The position numbers and the translations under genes were made by a program. From Thermoplasmata archaeon (GTDB taxonomy: Archaea; Thermoplasmatota; Thermoplasmata; Halarchaeoplasmatales; Halarchaeoplasmataceae): a stretch of 32,208 nt of DNA. Below the pieces are notes generated by a model. The model was not told where the DNA came from and made no database searches. It saw only the letters and a program-made list of their open reading frames with translations. Location: NCBI GenBank assembly GCA_019594305.1, contig JAFDTZ010000003.1:1-32208 (forward strand), written 5' to 3'. The stretch's first letter is position 1, and each line of letters begins with the position of its first letter. Below, in pieces: positions 10,443 through 23,108 of this stretch.

Positions 10443-11213
10443 ATGTTTGAAAGAGCCACGGAAAAGGATGTTACGAGAGCTATAGTGAAGGAATTCGGAA
10501 ATCTCATGGAGGAGCATGCGGATTCCGAAGTGGTGGTCATCGGTGGAGGGCCCAGCGGACTCATGGCCGCCCGTGATCTCGCCATCAAAGGCCGGAACGT
10601 ACTGGTGATCGAAAGGAACAATTATCTTGGCGGCGGATTCTGGCTGGGTGGTTTTCTGATGAACACCGTTACTGTAAGACATCCCGGCGAGGAGATATTG
10701 GACGAACTGGGGATACCGTACAAAAAACAGGGTAATCTTTACACGGCACTGGGCCCTCACGCCTGTTCGAAGTTGATAGCCTCGGCATGCGACGAGGGTG
10801 TGCACATACTGAACATGACGGAATTCGACGATGTGGTGTTTCGCGGAAAAGATAGGATAGGTGGTGTGGTAGTTAACTGGACCCCCGTATCCAGTCTGCC
10901 GAGACAGCTTACCTGTGTCGACCCCATCGCGTTGGAGTGCAAGGTGGTCATCGACGCTACCGGTCACGATGCCTGCGTGGTAAGGAAGATGGAGGAACGC
11001 GGTCTACTGAAGACGAGAGGTTTCGGCGGTATGTGGGTGGAGGAATCCGAGGACCTGGTGGTAGAGCATACAGGCAGGGTCCACGATGGTCTTGTGGTAA
11101 CCGGGATGGCGGTTTCCACCACCTTCGGTCTGCCCAGGATGGGCCCTACCTTCGGATCAATGCTCATGTCCGGGCGTAGGGGGGCGAAGATAACTGATGA
11201 GATGCTCGGCTGA
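10443..11213 (+). CDS. thi4: Thi4 thiazole synthase, Cys-type
   Basis: IGGGPSGL, LGGGFWLGG, NWTPV…LTCVDP, DATGHD, PRMGPTFGSMLMSG; start placed at ATG 10443 (MFERATEKDVT). Confidence 0.93.
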   Translation: MFERATEKDVTRAIVKEFGNLMEEHADSEVVVIGGGPSGLMAARDLAIKGRNVLVIERNNYLGGGFWLGGFLMNTVTVRHPGEEILDELGIPYKKQGNLYTALGPHACSKLIASACDEGVHILNMTEFDDVVFRGKDRIGGVVVNWTPVSSLPRQLTCVDPIALECKVVIDATGHDACVVRKMEERGLLKTRGFGGMWVEESEDLVVEHTGRVHDGLVVTGMAVSTTFGLPRMGPTFGSMLMSGRRGAKITDEMLG

Positions 11214-11214
11214 G

Positions 11215-11934
11215 ATGCCCTATGGGCGTATAATACTACACATCGACGAAACCATCGAAAACCTGGACCACGATTACATAGCCAACGAATTGGAGAAATA
11301 TACGGGAAAGGATGTGAAGGTAAAGGGAGGTATATTCAGAGAATACGGAAGAGAAAGTACGCCTGAAAAGATCGCACGCACAAGGATAGCCAGTCTGGAA
11401 TCAAGGATTTTCCGCTCCCCCCTACCTGTGGAAATAGACGTAGAAAAAAGGATGCTCGCCGGTAAACATGTTAGAGGTATAATCTACGACGGCTGGAAGC
11501 TTCTACATGTGATGTTGGATCATCTACCTGTGGAAAGTATCCCTGATCACAATATTGTCGTCACTTCACGTTTGATCGGGACACTGGAGAAAGGTGATAA
11601 TCGGTATCATATACGAACGGTTCTTCATTCGGTGCCGTCGGTTATATCCACAGGCGGTATTGTACAGGGTCCCGCCAGGCCGAGGGCGTATTACATGGAA
11701 GACAATGAAGCTTGTAACGTACCCTACATGGGGTACGGCGACGATAGAATGAGTAAGGCTGTAACCTCCTATGCACTTCAAACGATAATGTGGAGGCATA
11801 CGGGTAAACCGTTTTGTTCGAAAAGGGGTTGTCCCCTGTACAACTCACACTGGCAGGAAGAGCTTATCGACAGCCAGGTGGATGGTCGGTTGTGCGAGGA
11901 GCATCGGCCAAAATTATATTTATCTTCGGGGTGA
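11215..11934 (+). CDS. archaemetzincin-like protein (DUF6775-type putative metallopeptidase) lacking HEXXH
   Basis: GIVQGPARPRAYY and FCSKRGCPLYNSHWQEEL…LCEEH; ATG 1 nt after the thi4 stop. Confidence 0.7.
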   Translation: MPYGRIILHIDETIENLDHDYIANELEKYTGKDVKVKGGIFREYGRESTPEKIARTRIASLESRIFRSPLPVEIDVEKRMLAGKHVRGIIYDGWKLLHVMLDHLPVESIPDHNIVVTSRLIGTLEKGDNRYHIRTVLHSVPSVISTGGIVQGPARPRAYYMEDNEACNVPYMGYGDDRMSKAVTSYALQTIMWRHTGKPFCSKRGCPLYNSHWQEELIDSQVDGRLCEEHRPKLYLSSG

Positions 11935-11943
11935 TTACCGTAC

Positions 11944-12936
11944 ATGGATAGATACTCCCGGCAGACGGTGCTCAAGGAAGTGGGTGAGGAAGGTCAGAAA
12001 CGTATAGGCCAGGGACATGTCGTTATTATCGGACTCGGTGGACTGGGTTCCGTAACGGCAGATGCCTTGGTGAGATGTGGTGTAGGTAATGTAACCCTTA
12101 TCGATAGGGACTTCGTGGAAATGTCCAACCTTCAAAGACAGACGGTATATAGCGAAGATGATATCGGTAAGCCAAAGGCCGAGGTCATGTTTAAACGGTT
12201 GAAGAAAGTGAATTCCGATGTAAAACTGAAAACGCTGGTTACCGACATCAACAGGAACAACATAGAAGATACGATCAACGAGGCGGACATAGTAATGGAC
12301 TGTACCGACAACATGAAAGCCCGCTACATTATCAACGACGCGTGTGTAAAACATGGCATACCATGGATATACACCGCTATCCTGGGCACATACGGTATGA
12401 CCATGAACGTCACACCGGGCGAGGGTCCGTGTTTGAGATGTTTACTTCCGAAGAAACCGAAAGCGGGTAGCCTAGAAACATGTGCCACGGCGGGAGTACT
12501 TTTCAGCATACCCCGGGTCATGGCGAACATTGCGGCAACCGAAGCTGTAAAGATACTGTTGAAAGCTGAAATAAGAAGGGAGATGCTCACCGTGGACCTC
12601 TGGAAGAACGAATACGAACTTACATTTGTGTCCAGGAACAGCGACTGCCCATGCTGTGGAAAACACGATTTTACATACCTTGACGAGGAAGAAGATCTGG
12701 TGGTGGAACTGTGTGGAAGAAATTCCGTGCAGGTGTCTCCCGGAGAAGAAATTATACTTGACCTCGGAGCTATCGCGGATAGATACCCCCGATCAAGGTT
12801 GATGGGAGATTCGATGCTGAAGATACCTTTGGAAGAACACGAATTGAACCTTTTTAAGGACGGCCGATTGATAGTTAAGGGTACAGACGATATAAATAAA
12901 GCTAAAGCACTTTACTCGGAGTACGTGGGTAGATGA
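11944..12936 (+). CDS. moeB: MoeB/ThiF/UbaA family E1-like adenylyltransferase with C-terminal TBP-like Cys domain
   Basis: DRYSRQ, GLGGLG, DRDFVEMSNLQRQ, DCTDN, PCLRC, ETCATAG, CPCC, then ELCGRNSVQ…LFKDGRLIVKGT. Confidence 0.92.
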   Translation: MDRYSRQTVLKEVGEEGQKRIGQGHVVIIGLGGLGSVTADALVRCGVGNVTLIDRDFVEMSNLQRQTVYSEDDIGKPKAEVMFKRLKKVNSDVKLKTLVTDINRNNIEDTINEADIVMDCTDNMKARYIINDACVKHGIPWIYTAILGTYGMTMNVTPGEGPCLRCLLPKKPKAGSLETCATAGVLFSIPRVMANIAATEAVKILLKAEIRREMLTVDLWKNEYELTFVSRNSDCPCCGKHDFTYLDEEEDLVVELCGRNSVQVSPGEEIILDLGAIADRYPRSRLMGDSMLKIPLEEHELNLFKDGRLIVKGTDDINKAKALYSEYVGR

Positions 12937-12937
12937 A

Positions 12938-14113
12938 ATGAATGTATCTAAAATAAGAAAGGATTTTCCCATTGTAAACGACTGGATATACCTCGATAAC
13001 GCCTGCACCGGCCTAAAACCACGTCAGGTAACCGATGCGGTAAGTGAATATTACGAAAAATACTCGGTATGCAGTGGAAGGAGCACCCATTCACTTTCCA
13101 CGGAACTGCAGCGTAGGATAGAAGCAGGTAGAGATTCCCTCCGGGAATTGCTAAACGCCGAATCAGCAGATGAAATAATTTACACCAAGAACTGCACGGA
13201 AGGCATCAACCTGGTGTCCCGGGGTTTAGGATTCAAAAAAGAAGATGTCGTTCTGACTACGGACAAGGAGCACAACAGTAATCTGGTTCCATGGATAAAA
13301 CTACATGAGACTACAGGAACAATCTATCGACAAGTCCCAACCGACAAGGGCGACTTCGATATCGAGGCCTTTAAAGAAAACATGAGCCCGAAGGTTAAAT
13401 TGGTCTCCATGGTTCACACGTCCAATCTCGACGGCTCCACTATACCCGCAAGAGAAATAGCCGAAGTGGTTCATGACCACGGCGGACTCTTCATGCTGGA
13501 CGCTGCACAGAGCGTCCCTCACCGCCCGGTGGACGTAAAAAAAATTGATGTGGATTTGATGGCATTTTCGGTGCACAAGATGATAGGCCCCACCGGCGTC
13601 GGCGTTCTCTACGGTAAAAAAGATCTACTGGAAGATATGGAGCCATTACTTTACGGAGGAGGCGGGGTAAAGAACACCACGTCCCGGGGAGTGGTTCTTC
13701 AAGACCGTCCGCAAAAATTCGAAAGCGGTCAGCAAAATTACGCGAGCCTCTTCGCCGTCAAGACCGCCGTTGATTATCTAACGGATATAGGCACGGAAAA
13801 CATACAAAATCACGAAACCGAGCTAAACGAATACGTTACCAAGGAGTTAATGGGATACGTAAAAATAATCGGTCCTGAAGAAGCGTCCGAAAGAAGCGGC
13901 ATATTCAATTTTTACATCGATGAACTCGGCCCGCACGAAGTAGCCCTTTTGCTGGAAGAACAAGGTATACTCACAAGAGGCGGCATGCAGTGCGTTCATT
14001 CTTGGTACAACGAAAATAGGATACAAGGGGGAACCCGGGCATCTTTCTATCTCTACAATACCCTGAATGAAGCAAAAAAGTTCTTAGAGGTAGTGAAAGA
14101 GTACATTGGATAG
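12938..14113 (+). CDS. cysteine desulfurase (SufS-like, class V aminotransferase)
   Basis: IYLDNACT, EHNSNLVPW, LDAAQSVPH, FSVHKMIGPTGVG, RGGMQCVH (catalytic Cys), RASFYLYNT. Confidence 0.9.
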   Translation: MNVSKIRKDFPIVNDWIYLDNACTGLKPRQVTDAVSEYYEKYSVCSGRSTHSLSTELQRRIEAGRDSLRELLNAESADEIIYTKNCTEGINLVSRGLGFKKEDVVLTTDKEHNSNLVPWIKLHETTGTIYRQVPTDKGDFDIEAFKENMSPKVKLVSMVHTSNLDGSTIPAREIAEVVHDHGGLFMLDAAQSVPHRPVDVKKIDVDLMAFSVHKMIGPTGVGVLYGKKDLLEDMEPLLYGGGGVKNTTSRGVVLQDRPQKFESGQQNYASLFAVKTAVDYLTDIGTENIQNHETELNEYVTKELMGYVKIIGPEEASERSGIFNFYIDELGPHEVALLLEEQGILTRGGMQCVHSWYNENRIQGGTRASFYLYNTLNEAKKFLEVVKEYIG

Positions 14114-14164
14114 CTTTCGGATATAGAACCAAATAGATCATAAGTAGTTCTTTTCGTTCAAATA

Positions 14165-14524
14165 CTATATAACCTCTGTCACAAACTTTTCAGCACTTAT
14201 ATGCAGTTCCTCTGCCTCACTATTAGAAATTACGAAAGTGTATTCGTAATCTCCCAATTGTCTTTTCTCAAAACCACGATTTAACTCCCTACCCATCCAT
14301 CTCGGGAATATATTTGTTTTCACGAAATACTTACCAAAGCTGGAGATAATACCTTTGTGCGAAGAGTAAGTTTTATCTATTGTAAGAAGAACGGCTTCCG
14401 ATGCGTAGAACATGGCGTAATAATCCCGGGATACCGATGATTCGTAATCACCGGATTCGTACAATAACTTGCTGCTATCGAGATATTTCTTCGCCCTTTT
14501 TATGAGATTTTTGATCTCTTTCAT
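14165..14524 (-). CDS. HEPN domain protein (COG1895-type), probably clipped by a late TAG
   Basis: SRDYYAMF, SHKGIIS.FG, R-x4-Y (RQLGDY). The frame continues YLNEKNYL to TGA at 14138. Confidence 0.85.
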   Translation of the reverse strand: MKEIKNLIKRAKKYLDSSKLLYESGDYESSVSRDYYAMFYASEAVLLTIDKTYSSHKGIISSFGKYFVKTNIFPRWMGRELNRGFEKRQLGDYEYTFVISNSEAEELHISAEKFVTEVI

Positions 14525-14705
14525 GCGGGCATTCCCTCTCCCTTTTTAACATCCCCTGACAGAATTACTGCTATATCTATGTCCGAGTGTTCTATCGCTT
14601 CTCCTCTTGCATAAGAACCATAAAGTAGAATATCTTCAACCCATTTCCGTACAAATCTTTTACCCTCGTTTTGAATCCATCTATTCTCTCTTCGATTAAA
14701 GGCAT
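14521..14705 (-). pseudogene. MNT nucleotidyltransferase (HEPN-MNT antitoxin) pseudogene
   Basis: MPLIEERIDGFKTRVKDLYG, then a frameshift into VEDILLYGSYARGEAIEHSDIDIAVILSGDVKKGEGMPA*; the middle of the domain is missing; TGA overlaps the HEPN ATG. Confidence 0.85.
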
Positions 14706-14800
14706 ATTTTCATTGTAACAAGGGGAGTTATTATAGATATATGTTTTTACGAAAAAGGTTTTGATCTTGTTCCGAAGACGTTCTTTTTCCACCCAGACCT

Positions 14801-15082
14801 TCAAATACATTTTTCCATAACGGGTCTAATGGATTCAAACAGTTTGTTGACAACTTCTTGTTCCGTGCTCTTGAACAGCAACTTTCCTGAGGGGTATACC
14901 CCCACTTCTATATGTTCCGTCGTATCCTCTATCAACAGGATGACTTTTGAAGAGAATTTGACGGTATAGCCTTTTTCACGAAATTTCTTTTCACACAAGG
15001 TCATATCCAGCCTAACCTTACCTTTAGGTTCGGCAACGAAGGCACCGGAATCCGAACAGGGCTTTACCATACGATACATCAA
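14801..15082 (-). CDS. small stand-alone TBP-like (CCTBP-type) domain protein
   Basis: KPCSD…P…LD…EVGVYPSGKLLFKST resembles the C-terminal domain of the E1 at 11944-12936; overlaps the thiI-like stop. Confidence 0.7.
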   Translation of the reverse strand: MMYRMVKPCSDSGAFVAEPKGKVRLDMTLCEKKFREKGYTVKFSSKVILLIEDTTEHIEVGVYPSGKLLFKSTEQEVVNKLFESIRPVMEKCI

Positions 15083-15708
15083 ACTTCACCTATGGTTTTG
15101 AACACCAGTGCGTCAATAAGTTTCTCCCAGTCCAATTTCTCTTCTTCACTTAGCACATCATCCTTTTTACATGATAACTTTGGCCCGTCCGGTGTGAGCA
15201 TGCAGCATACCGCAGGTTGTATCGATATCTCATACGTGCCTATCTCTCTTCCGATCTCAACTACTTCGTTCTTGTCCAGACCTATGAGCGGTCGGTGCAC
15301 CGTCATATGGACAGCGTCATCCTCGCCCACAAGGTTGGAAAGTGTCTGGGACGCCACCTGCCCCAAGCTTTCACCGGTAGCGACGGCATCCGCTTCTATA
15401 TCACGGGCCAGTTTAGCGGCTGCACGGTACATCATGCGTTTGCACAGTATGCACTGGTACCTCGGATTCGCCTTACCGGCGATCTCCTTCTCCACTTCGC
15501 CGAATTCGGCTGTATAAGCCGCAATACCCGGATGATGCGCCCTCAACCTATCCACAAGCGAGCGGACGTTTTCCATGGTTCGGTCATCTGTGAACGGTCT
15601 CGTATCCATATGCAGAAGTATCACATCCGCTCCGCTCTCAGCAAGCATGTGGGCCGCTACCGGCGAGTCTATGCCAGCGGACATCAGTACCACCAACGAG
15701 TATCTCAT
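15079..15708 (-). CDS. thiI: ThiI-family PP-loop sulfurtransferase, catalytic domain only (no THUMP), CxxC+C type
   Basis: SAGIDSPVAA PP-loop, CILCKRMMYR, TGESLGQVASQTLSNL, RPLIGLDKNE, GTYEIS…VCC. Confidence 0.85.
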   Translation of the reverse strand: MRYSLVVLMSAGIDSPVAAHMLAESGADVILLHMDTRPFTDDRTMENVRSLVDRLRAHHPGIAAYTAEFGEVEKEIAGKANPRYQCILCKRMMYRAAAKLARDIEADAVATGESLGQVASQTLSNLVGEDDAVHMTVHRPLIGLDKNEVVEIGREIGTYEISIQPAVCCMLTPDGPKLSCKKDDVLSEEEKLDWEKLIDALVFKTIGEV

Positions 15709-15875
15709 TGCCTTACTGAAAAGGTGGATGAGTATTAATCTTGTGATGTTCTCCCTTACGATATTTTCGTTATCTGCGATTACCGTTCGCAGTTCACATC
15801 GAAATAGACCGATATTACCGAAAAATCTTCTCGACCGTCAACAATCTTAAATTACCTCTATCGGTATACGCATCC

Positions 15876-19602
<3,727 letters not shown>

Positions 19603-19651
19603 AACAACAATAGATACTACTACTTTTTAAGTTCATCAAAGGTAGTATAAA

Positions 19652-19903
19652 ATGTAAAAGAATTTCAATATAAGAGGATCATTAAGATGCCCAAGTTGTA
19701 CCGTATCATTGGATGACGCTCTGGGATGTCCTGATTGTAACTATTATTATGCTACTACAGAAGAAGGCATATATGATTTCGTACCCAAAGATATCGATAA
19801 TGAAATTGAAGATATATCCTCCAAATTAGTTGGATGGATCAAGGAAGATGGTTTGGAAAATGTTCAAAGAAAATACATGGTGACAATGAACGATGAAAAG
19901 TGA
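19652..19903 (+). pseudogene. remnant of a Trm112-like Zn-ribbon protein / methyltransferase N-terminus
   Basis: ATG at 19652 is followed immediately by TAA; the same frame then reads KNFNIRGSLRCPSC…LGCPDC…EGIYDF. Confidence 0.55.
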
Positions 19904-20408
19904 GAATACCAAGAGGCTATTCTGCCTTTTAATAGCAGTATTAGTTTTAACCTTATCGTCAACGGTATGCTCCGCTAGAACCATTTACACCGGATCAACC
20001 CTTGGGAATCTTCATTCGGAAGGCCTGTTTAACATAAACGATGAAGAAAACGATTCACAACCACAGATTCCAAGTATTTTTAACGATATCAAAAATGCAG
20101 CGTTAATTACGTTATTGGTCTTCCTGTTTTGCATGGCAATTATCGGTTTTATTTTTATTATGCGGTGGAAAAAGAAAGAGGGCACGGAATCCTGGACCAT
20201 GATTCTGAAAAAGAGATCTTACCGATTGGATAAGACAACGTACAATTATATTCTTTACATAGGGTCCGTTGTTATGGTAGTCGGTGTGATTTTGCTCATT
20301 GCAGGGTATGTTCTATCTTTGGGCGAACCTTTAAAGATAATCGGAATTGTGGCTACCTTCATAGGTGCATATTCTGCGTTCATGCCTTTTCTGGGGTATA
20401 AAGGATAA
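19893..20408 (+). CDS. hypothetical membrane protein with signal peptide and about 3 TM; probably shortened by a nonsense mutation
   Basis: Hydrophobic N-terminus. A paralogous 3' fragment at 21389-21473 has GAA where this copy has TAA and reads on to …KEKERKL*. Confidence 0.7.
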   Translation: MKSENTKRLFCLLIAVLVLTLSSTVCSARTIYTGSTLGNLHSEGLFNINDEENDSQPQIPSIFNDIKNAALITLLVFLFCMAIIGFIFIMRWKKKEGTESWTMILKKRSYRLDKTTYNYILYIGSVVMVVGVILLIAGYVLSLGEPLKIIGIVATFIGAYSAFMPFLGYKG

Positions 20409-20620
20409 AAATGTCTCAAGGAAAAGGAGAGAAAACTGTAGGATGAAAAATTGAATTAGTTATTCGTTTACAATGGAAATATTGAAATATTGATCAAAAT
20501 TTGGGTGTCCTGGAGATAACCGTACTCGACGAGAACGGATTCAGGCGATTGCTGGACGAAAGCTAACCGAACTGTCTCTTTATCATCCTGTCGGCCAGGG
20601 CCAAGCTTCCCTTGGGTATG
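20357..20620 (+). repeat. copy A of a composite direct repeat (membrane-gene tail + ligA tail + recJ tail)
   Basis: Shares the exact 30-mer aaggaaaaggagagaaaactgtaggatgaa (20418-20447 = 21450-21479) and gctaaccgaactgtctctttatcatc with 21389-21653. Confidence 0.9.
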
Positions 20621-20809
20621 GATTTGAGATGTAGGTGTTTGCCATTTTCATAGGTCCGCACTTATCCATTGTAAGAGATCAGGGACAACTGCGCTAATGA
20701 TGATATAACTAAGAGGGTGACCTTCACTGACTTCTCCAAATGCTACGCATTTCTCATATCCCTGAACGTTATACGGAATTTAACTCTAGCACTTTGTCGA
20801 AAGCTATAA

Positions 20810-20831
20810 ATACTTTGGTATACCATAGTAT
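20810..20831. promoter_or_regulatory. near-perfect 22-bp palindrome just downstream of the TA-operon TATA box (autoregulatory operator)
   Basis: atactttggtataccatagtat after CTATAAAT (20804-20811) and before the antitoxin start. Confidence 0.65.
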
Positions 20832-20834
20832 AAC

Positions 20835-21083
20835 GTGATAAACGTGGATGCTACGACCATAAAGGTTCACAGGGACACCAAACATGAATTGGATCAGTTC
20901 AGGGAATATAAGAATGAGAGTTACGACGAAGTGATCCGGAAGATGGTTTACATTGTAAAAAATCTCAAAGAACACCCTGAATTAAGCAACGAAGCTATTT
21001 TTGCCATAGAGAAGGCGAGGGAAAGAATTAAAAGGGGAGATTTTGTAACCGAGGAAGAGGCGAGAAAAAGGCTCGGTTTCTAA
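20835..21083 (+). CDS. antitoxin (RHH-like, archaeal RelB-type)
   Basis: TTIKVHRDTKHEL…ESYDEVI N-terminus and RGDFVTEEEARKRLG C-terminus; directly upstream of relE. Confidence 0.85.
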   Translation: MINVDATTIKVHRDTKHELDQFREYKNESYDEVIRKMVYIVKNLKEHPELSNEAIFAIEKARERIKRGDFVTEEEARKRLGF

Positions 21084-21332
21084 ATGTATGGTGTGGTTTT
21101 CGATCCCAAGGCGGTCGATTTTTTAGAAAAAGCGGAGAAAGCGATCGCTAAAAGGATATGGGATAAGATAATGTCAACAAAATCAAACCCACATCGTTAT
21201 TTTGAAAGATTGACAGGAAGAACCGATTATAGATTAAGGATTGGAGATTACAGGGTAATAGCCGATATACTTGAACAGGAAAAAAGAATACAAATAACAC
21301 TGATCGACCATCGAAAAAAAATCTATAGGTAA
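21084..21332 (+). CDS. relE: RelE/ParE family toxin
   Basis: YGVVFDPKA, LTGRTDYRLRIGDYRVI, IDHRKKIY. Confidence 0.92.
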   Translation: MYGVVFDPKAVDFLEKAEKAIAKRIWDKIMSTKSNPHRYFERLTGRTDYRLRIGDYRVIADILEQEKRIQITLIDHRKKIYR

Positions 21333-21388
21333 TTATAGCCCAAGTTTTGTGCACTGACAGGATGAGTTTTTAACCGTGGTTGTTTTGA

Positions 21389-21653
21389 CTTCATAGGTGC
21401 ATACTCTGCGTTAACGTCTATACTGGTATATAAAGAAGAAAAACGCCTTAAGGAAAAGGAGAGAAAACTGTAGGATGAATACACGGAAAGGAGGTCATTT
21501 ACAATGAAGGTTTTGAGGAGGTTATCACGAGTTATTCGGCGGTATAAGGCCAAAAAACCAAGGATCACCATATTCGACGAAGGCTAACCGAACTGTCTCT
21601 TTATCATCTTGTCCGCAAGAGCCAAAAATTCATCCTCGCTTCCCTCGGGTATG
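21389..21653 (+). repeat. copy B of the composite direct repeat, running into the functional recJ 3' end
   Basis: cttcataggtgcata…, the shared 30-mer, the ligA-like taaggc…ggatcaccatattcgacgaa, then the recJ stop region. Confidence 0.9.
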
Positions 21654-23002
21654 AACGCACCGGCGGCGATGTTGTGCCCGCCACCTTCGCCCCCAAGCTT
21701 TTTGGAGCATTCCGACATCACCACAGACAGGTCCAGCCCTTTATCGATCATCTCCTTCGTTCCCCTGGAGGATACCTTAAGTCCTTCCTTTTCCACCGAC
21801 TCCACGAATCCGAGCATGGGTAGGCTGTTATCTACCTCGCCGGAGCCCAGCATCATCCCCACCACGGTCCCTATAACAGTATCGGGGATGCGATCTTCAC
21901 CGTGGAAATATTGGAGATTCTCCATCTTCTCGATGCCCGTGTCCTTGACCACCTTCATACAGTCCACAAGGACCTGTCGATGCCCCCTGAGCAGGTTCAT
22001 GGCCTTCTTGTAGTACTCGTCCCTGTCACCGAGGCATATCTCCAACCCGATATCCCCCTTGCGGTAACGGCCGCACGAATTGAGCAGGGTGGAAAATTCC
22101 TTCGCCTCGTGGACCATACCTCCCCATTCCTCGTCCGGGAAGGTATATACCTCGCCAACCAACGATTCCACATAGGACGGAGGGTAACCGTACCGCAGCA
22201 TCCTTTTGCCTACGGCCGACAGGATATTCCTCTTCTCTTCCTTGCTAAGTTGATACCACATCCTCCACCTATCATTTTCCTTCAGCGGTATGTTCAACTC
22301 GGTAAGAAAATCCATGCACGCCGTTCCGTCACCGGATAATCCAGGAAGCGGCGGGTCACTGGCGTACTGAAGTAGCTTCTGCAAGGGCCGGCTCTCGAGC
22401 CCGTAGAAGGATGCGTCCTTCCTCGCATCGATGTACCCGCTGTCGGTTGCCTCCGCTAATATCTCCCTGTTCTTACCCACCAGCCTTCCCTCTCTGGACG
22501 CCTGAAGATCGCCGACGGCCCCTATTATGGCCAGTTTCGAAAGGTCCTTATTATCCCCGAGCTCCCTGGCAACCAGGTACGTGGCGCCGGCGCCGGAAAG
22601 TTCGGTGGAACCGTCAAGCCCGTAGCGATGGGGGTTGAGCTCCAGGATGGTGTTATTGCAGTAACTGAGTATGTTTCCCCTGTGCATCCCCGAAGGTATC
22701 CCCGCATTACCCCTGGGTTCATGATGGTCCGTTATCACACAGTCGATACCGGTAAGGGAATCAAGCTGGCCGCTTCCGAGGTCAGTGAACCATATCATCT
22801 CATGGTTCTCTTCCCTGAACCTTTCGATCTCATCCCCCTCCAGCTGTTTGATGAACTGGTAGCTCACCTCCTTGCCCGCCCTCTTCAATGCCCGATAAGC
22901 AATACTGGCGGATGTGATACCGTCCGCATCGATGTGTGACACGATGTGTACCTTTTTGCATTTCAAAAGCTTTTTTGCGATCTCTTTTGCTCTTTCTTCC
23001 AA
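21584..23002 (-). CDS. recJ: archaeal RecJ-like DHH/DHHA1 phosphoesterase (RecJ/GAN/Cdc45 family)
   Basis: SHIDADG, TDLGSG, TDHH, LNPH, GAVGD, LNSCGR, GGGHNIAAGA. Confidence 0.9.
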   Translation of the reverse strand: MEERAKEIAKKLLKCKKVHIVSHIDADGITSASIAYRALKRAGKEVSYQFIKQLEGDEIERFREENHEMIWFTDLGSGQLDSLTGIDCVITDHHEPRGNAGIPSGMHRGNILSYCNNTILELNPHRYGLDGSTELSGAGATYLVARELGDNKDLSKLAIIGAVGDLQASREGRLVGKNREILAEATDSGYIDARKDASFYGLESRPLQKLLQYASDPPLPGLSGDGTACMDFLTELNIPLKENDRWRMWYQLSKEEKRNILSAVGKRMLRYGYPPSYVESLVGEVYTFPDEEWGGMVHEAKEFSTLLNSCGRYRKGDIGLEICLGDRDEYYKKAMNLLRGHRQVLVDCMKVVKDTGIEKMENLQYFHGEDRIPDTVIGTVVGMMLGSGEVDNSLPMLGFVESVEKEGLKVSSRGTKEMIDKGLDLSVVMSECSKKLGGEGGGHNIAAGAFIPEGSEDEFLALADKMIKRQFG

Positions 23003-23108
23003 GTTATCTCCGGGGCATATAATAGGTTAGAAATAAAGCTTGCCTTCAAGTACTTGTTATTAAACACTTTCTTGATATATCAATATTTACTTATACCTCC
23101 TACGTATT

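Noticed and set aside
14165-14167. Pyrrolysine read-through of the HEPN TAG
   Set aside because: The partner MNT is clearly decayed and no pyl genes are in the window; a nonsense mutation is simpler.
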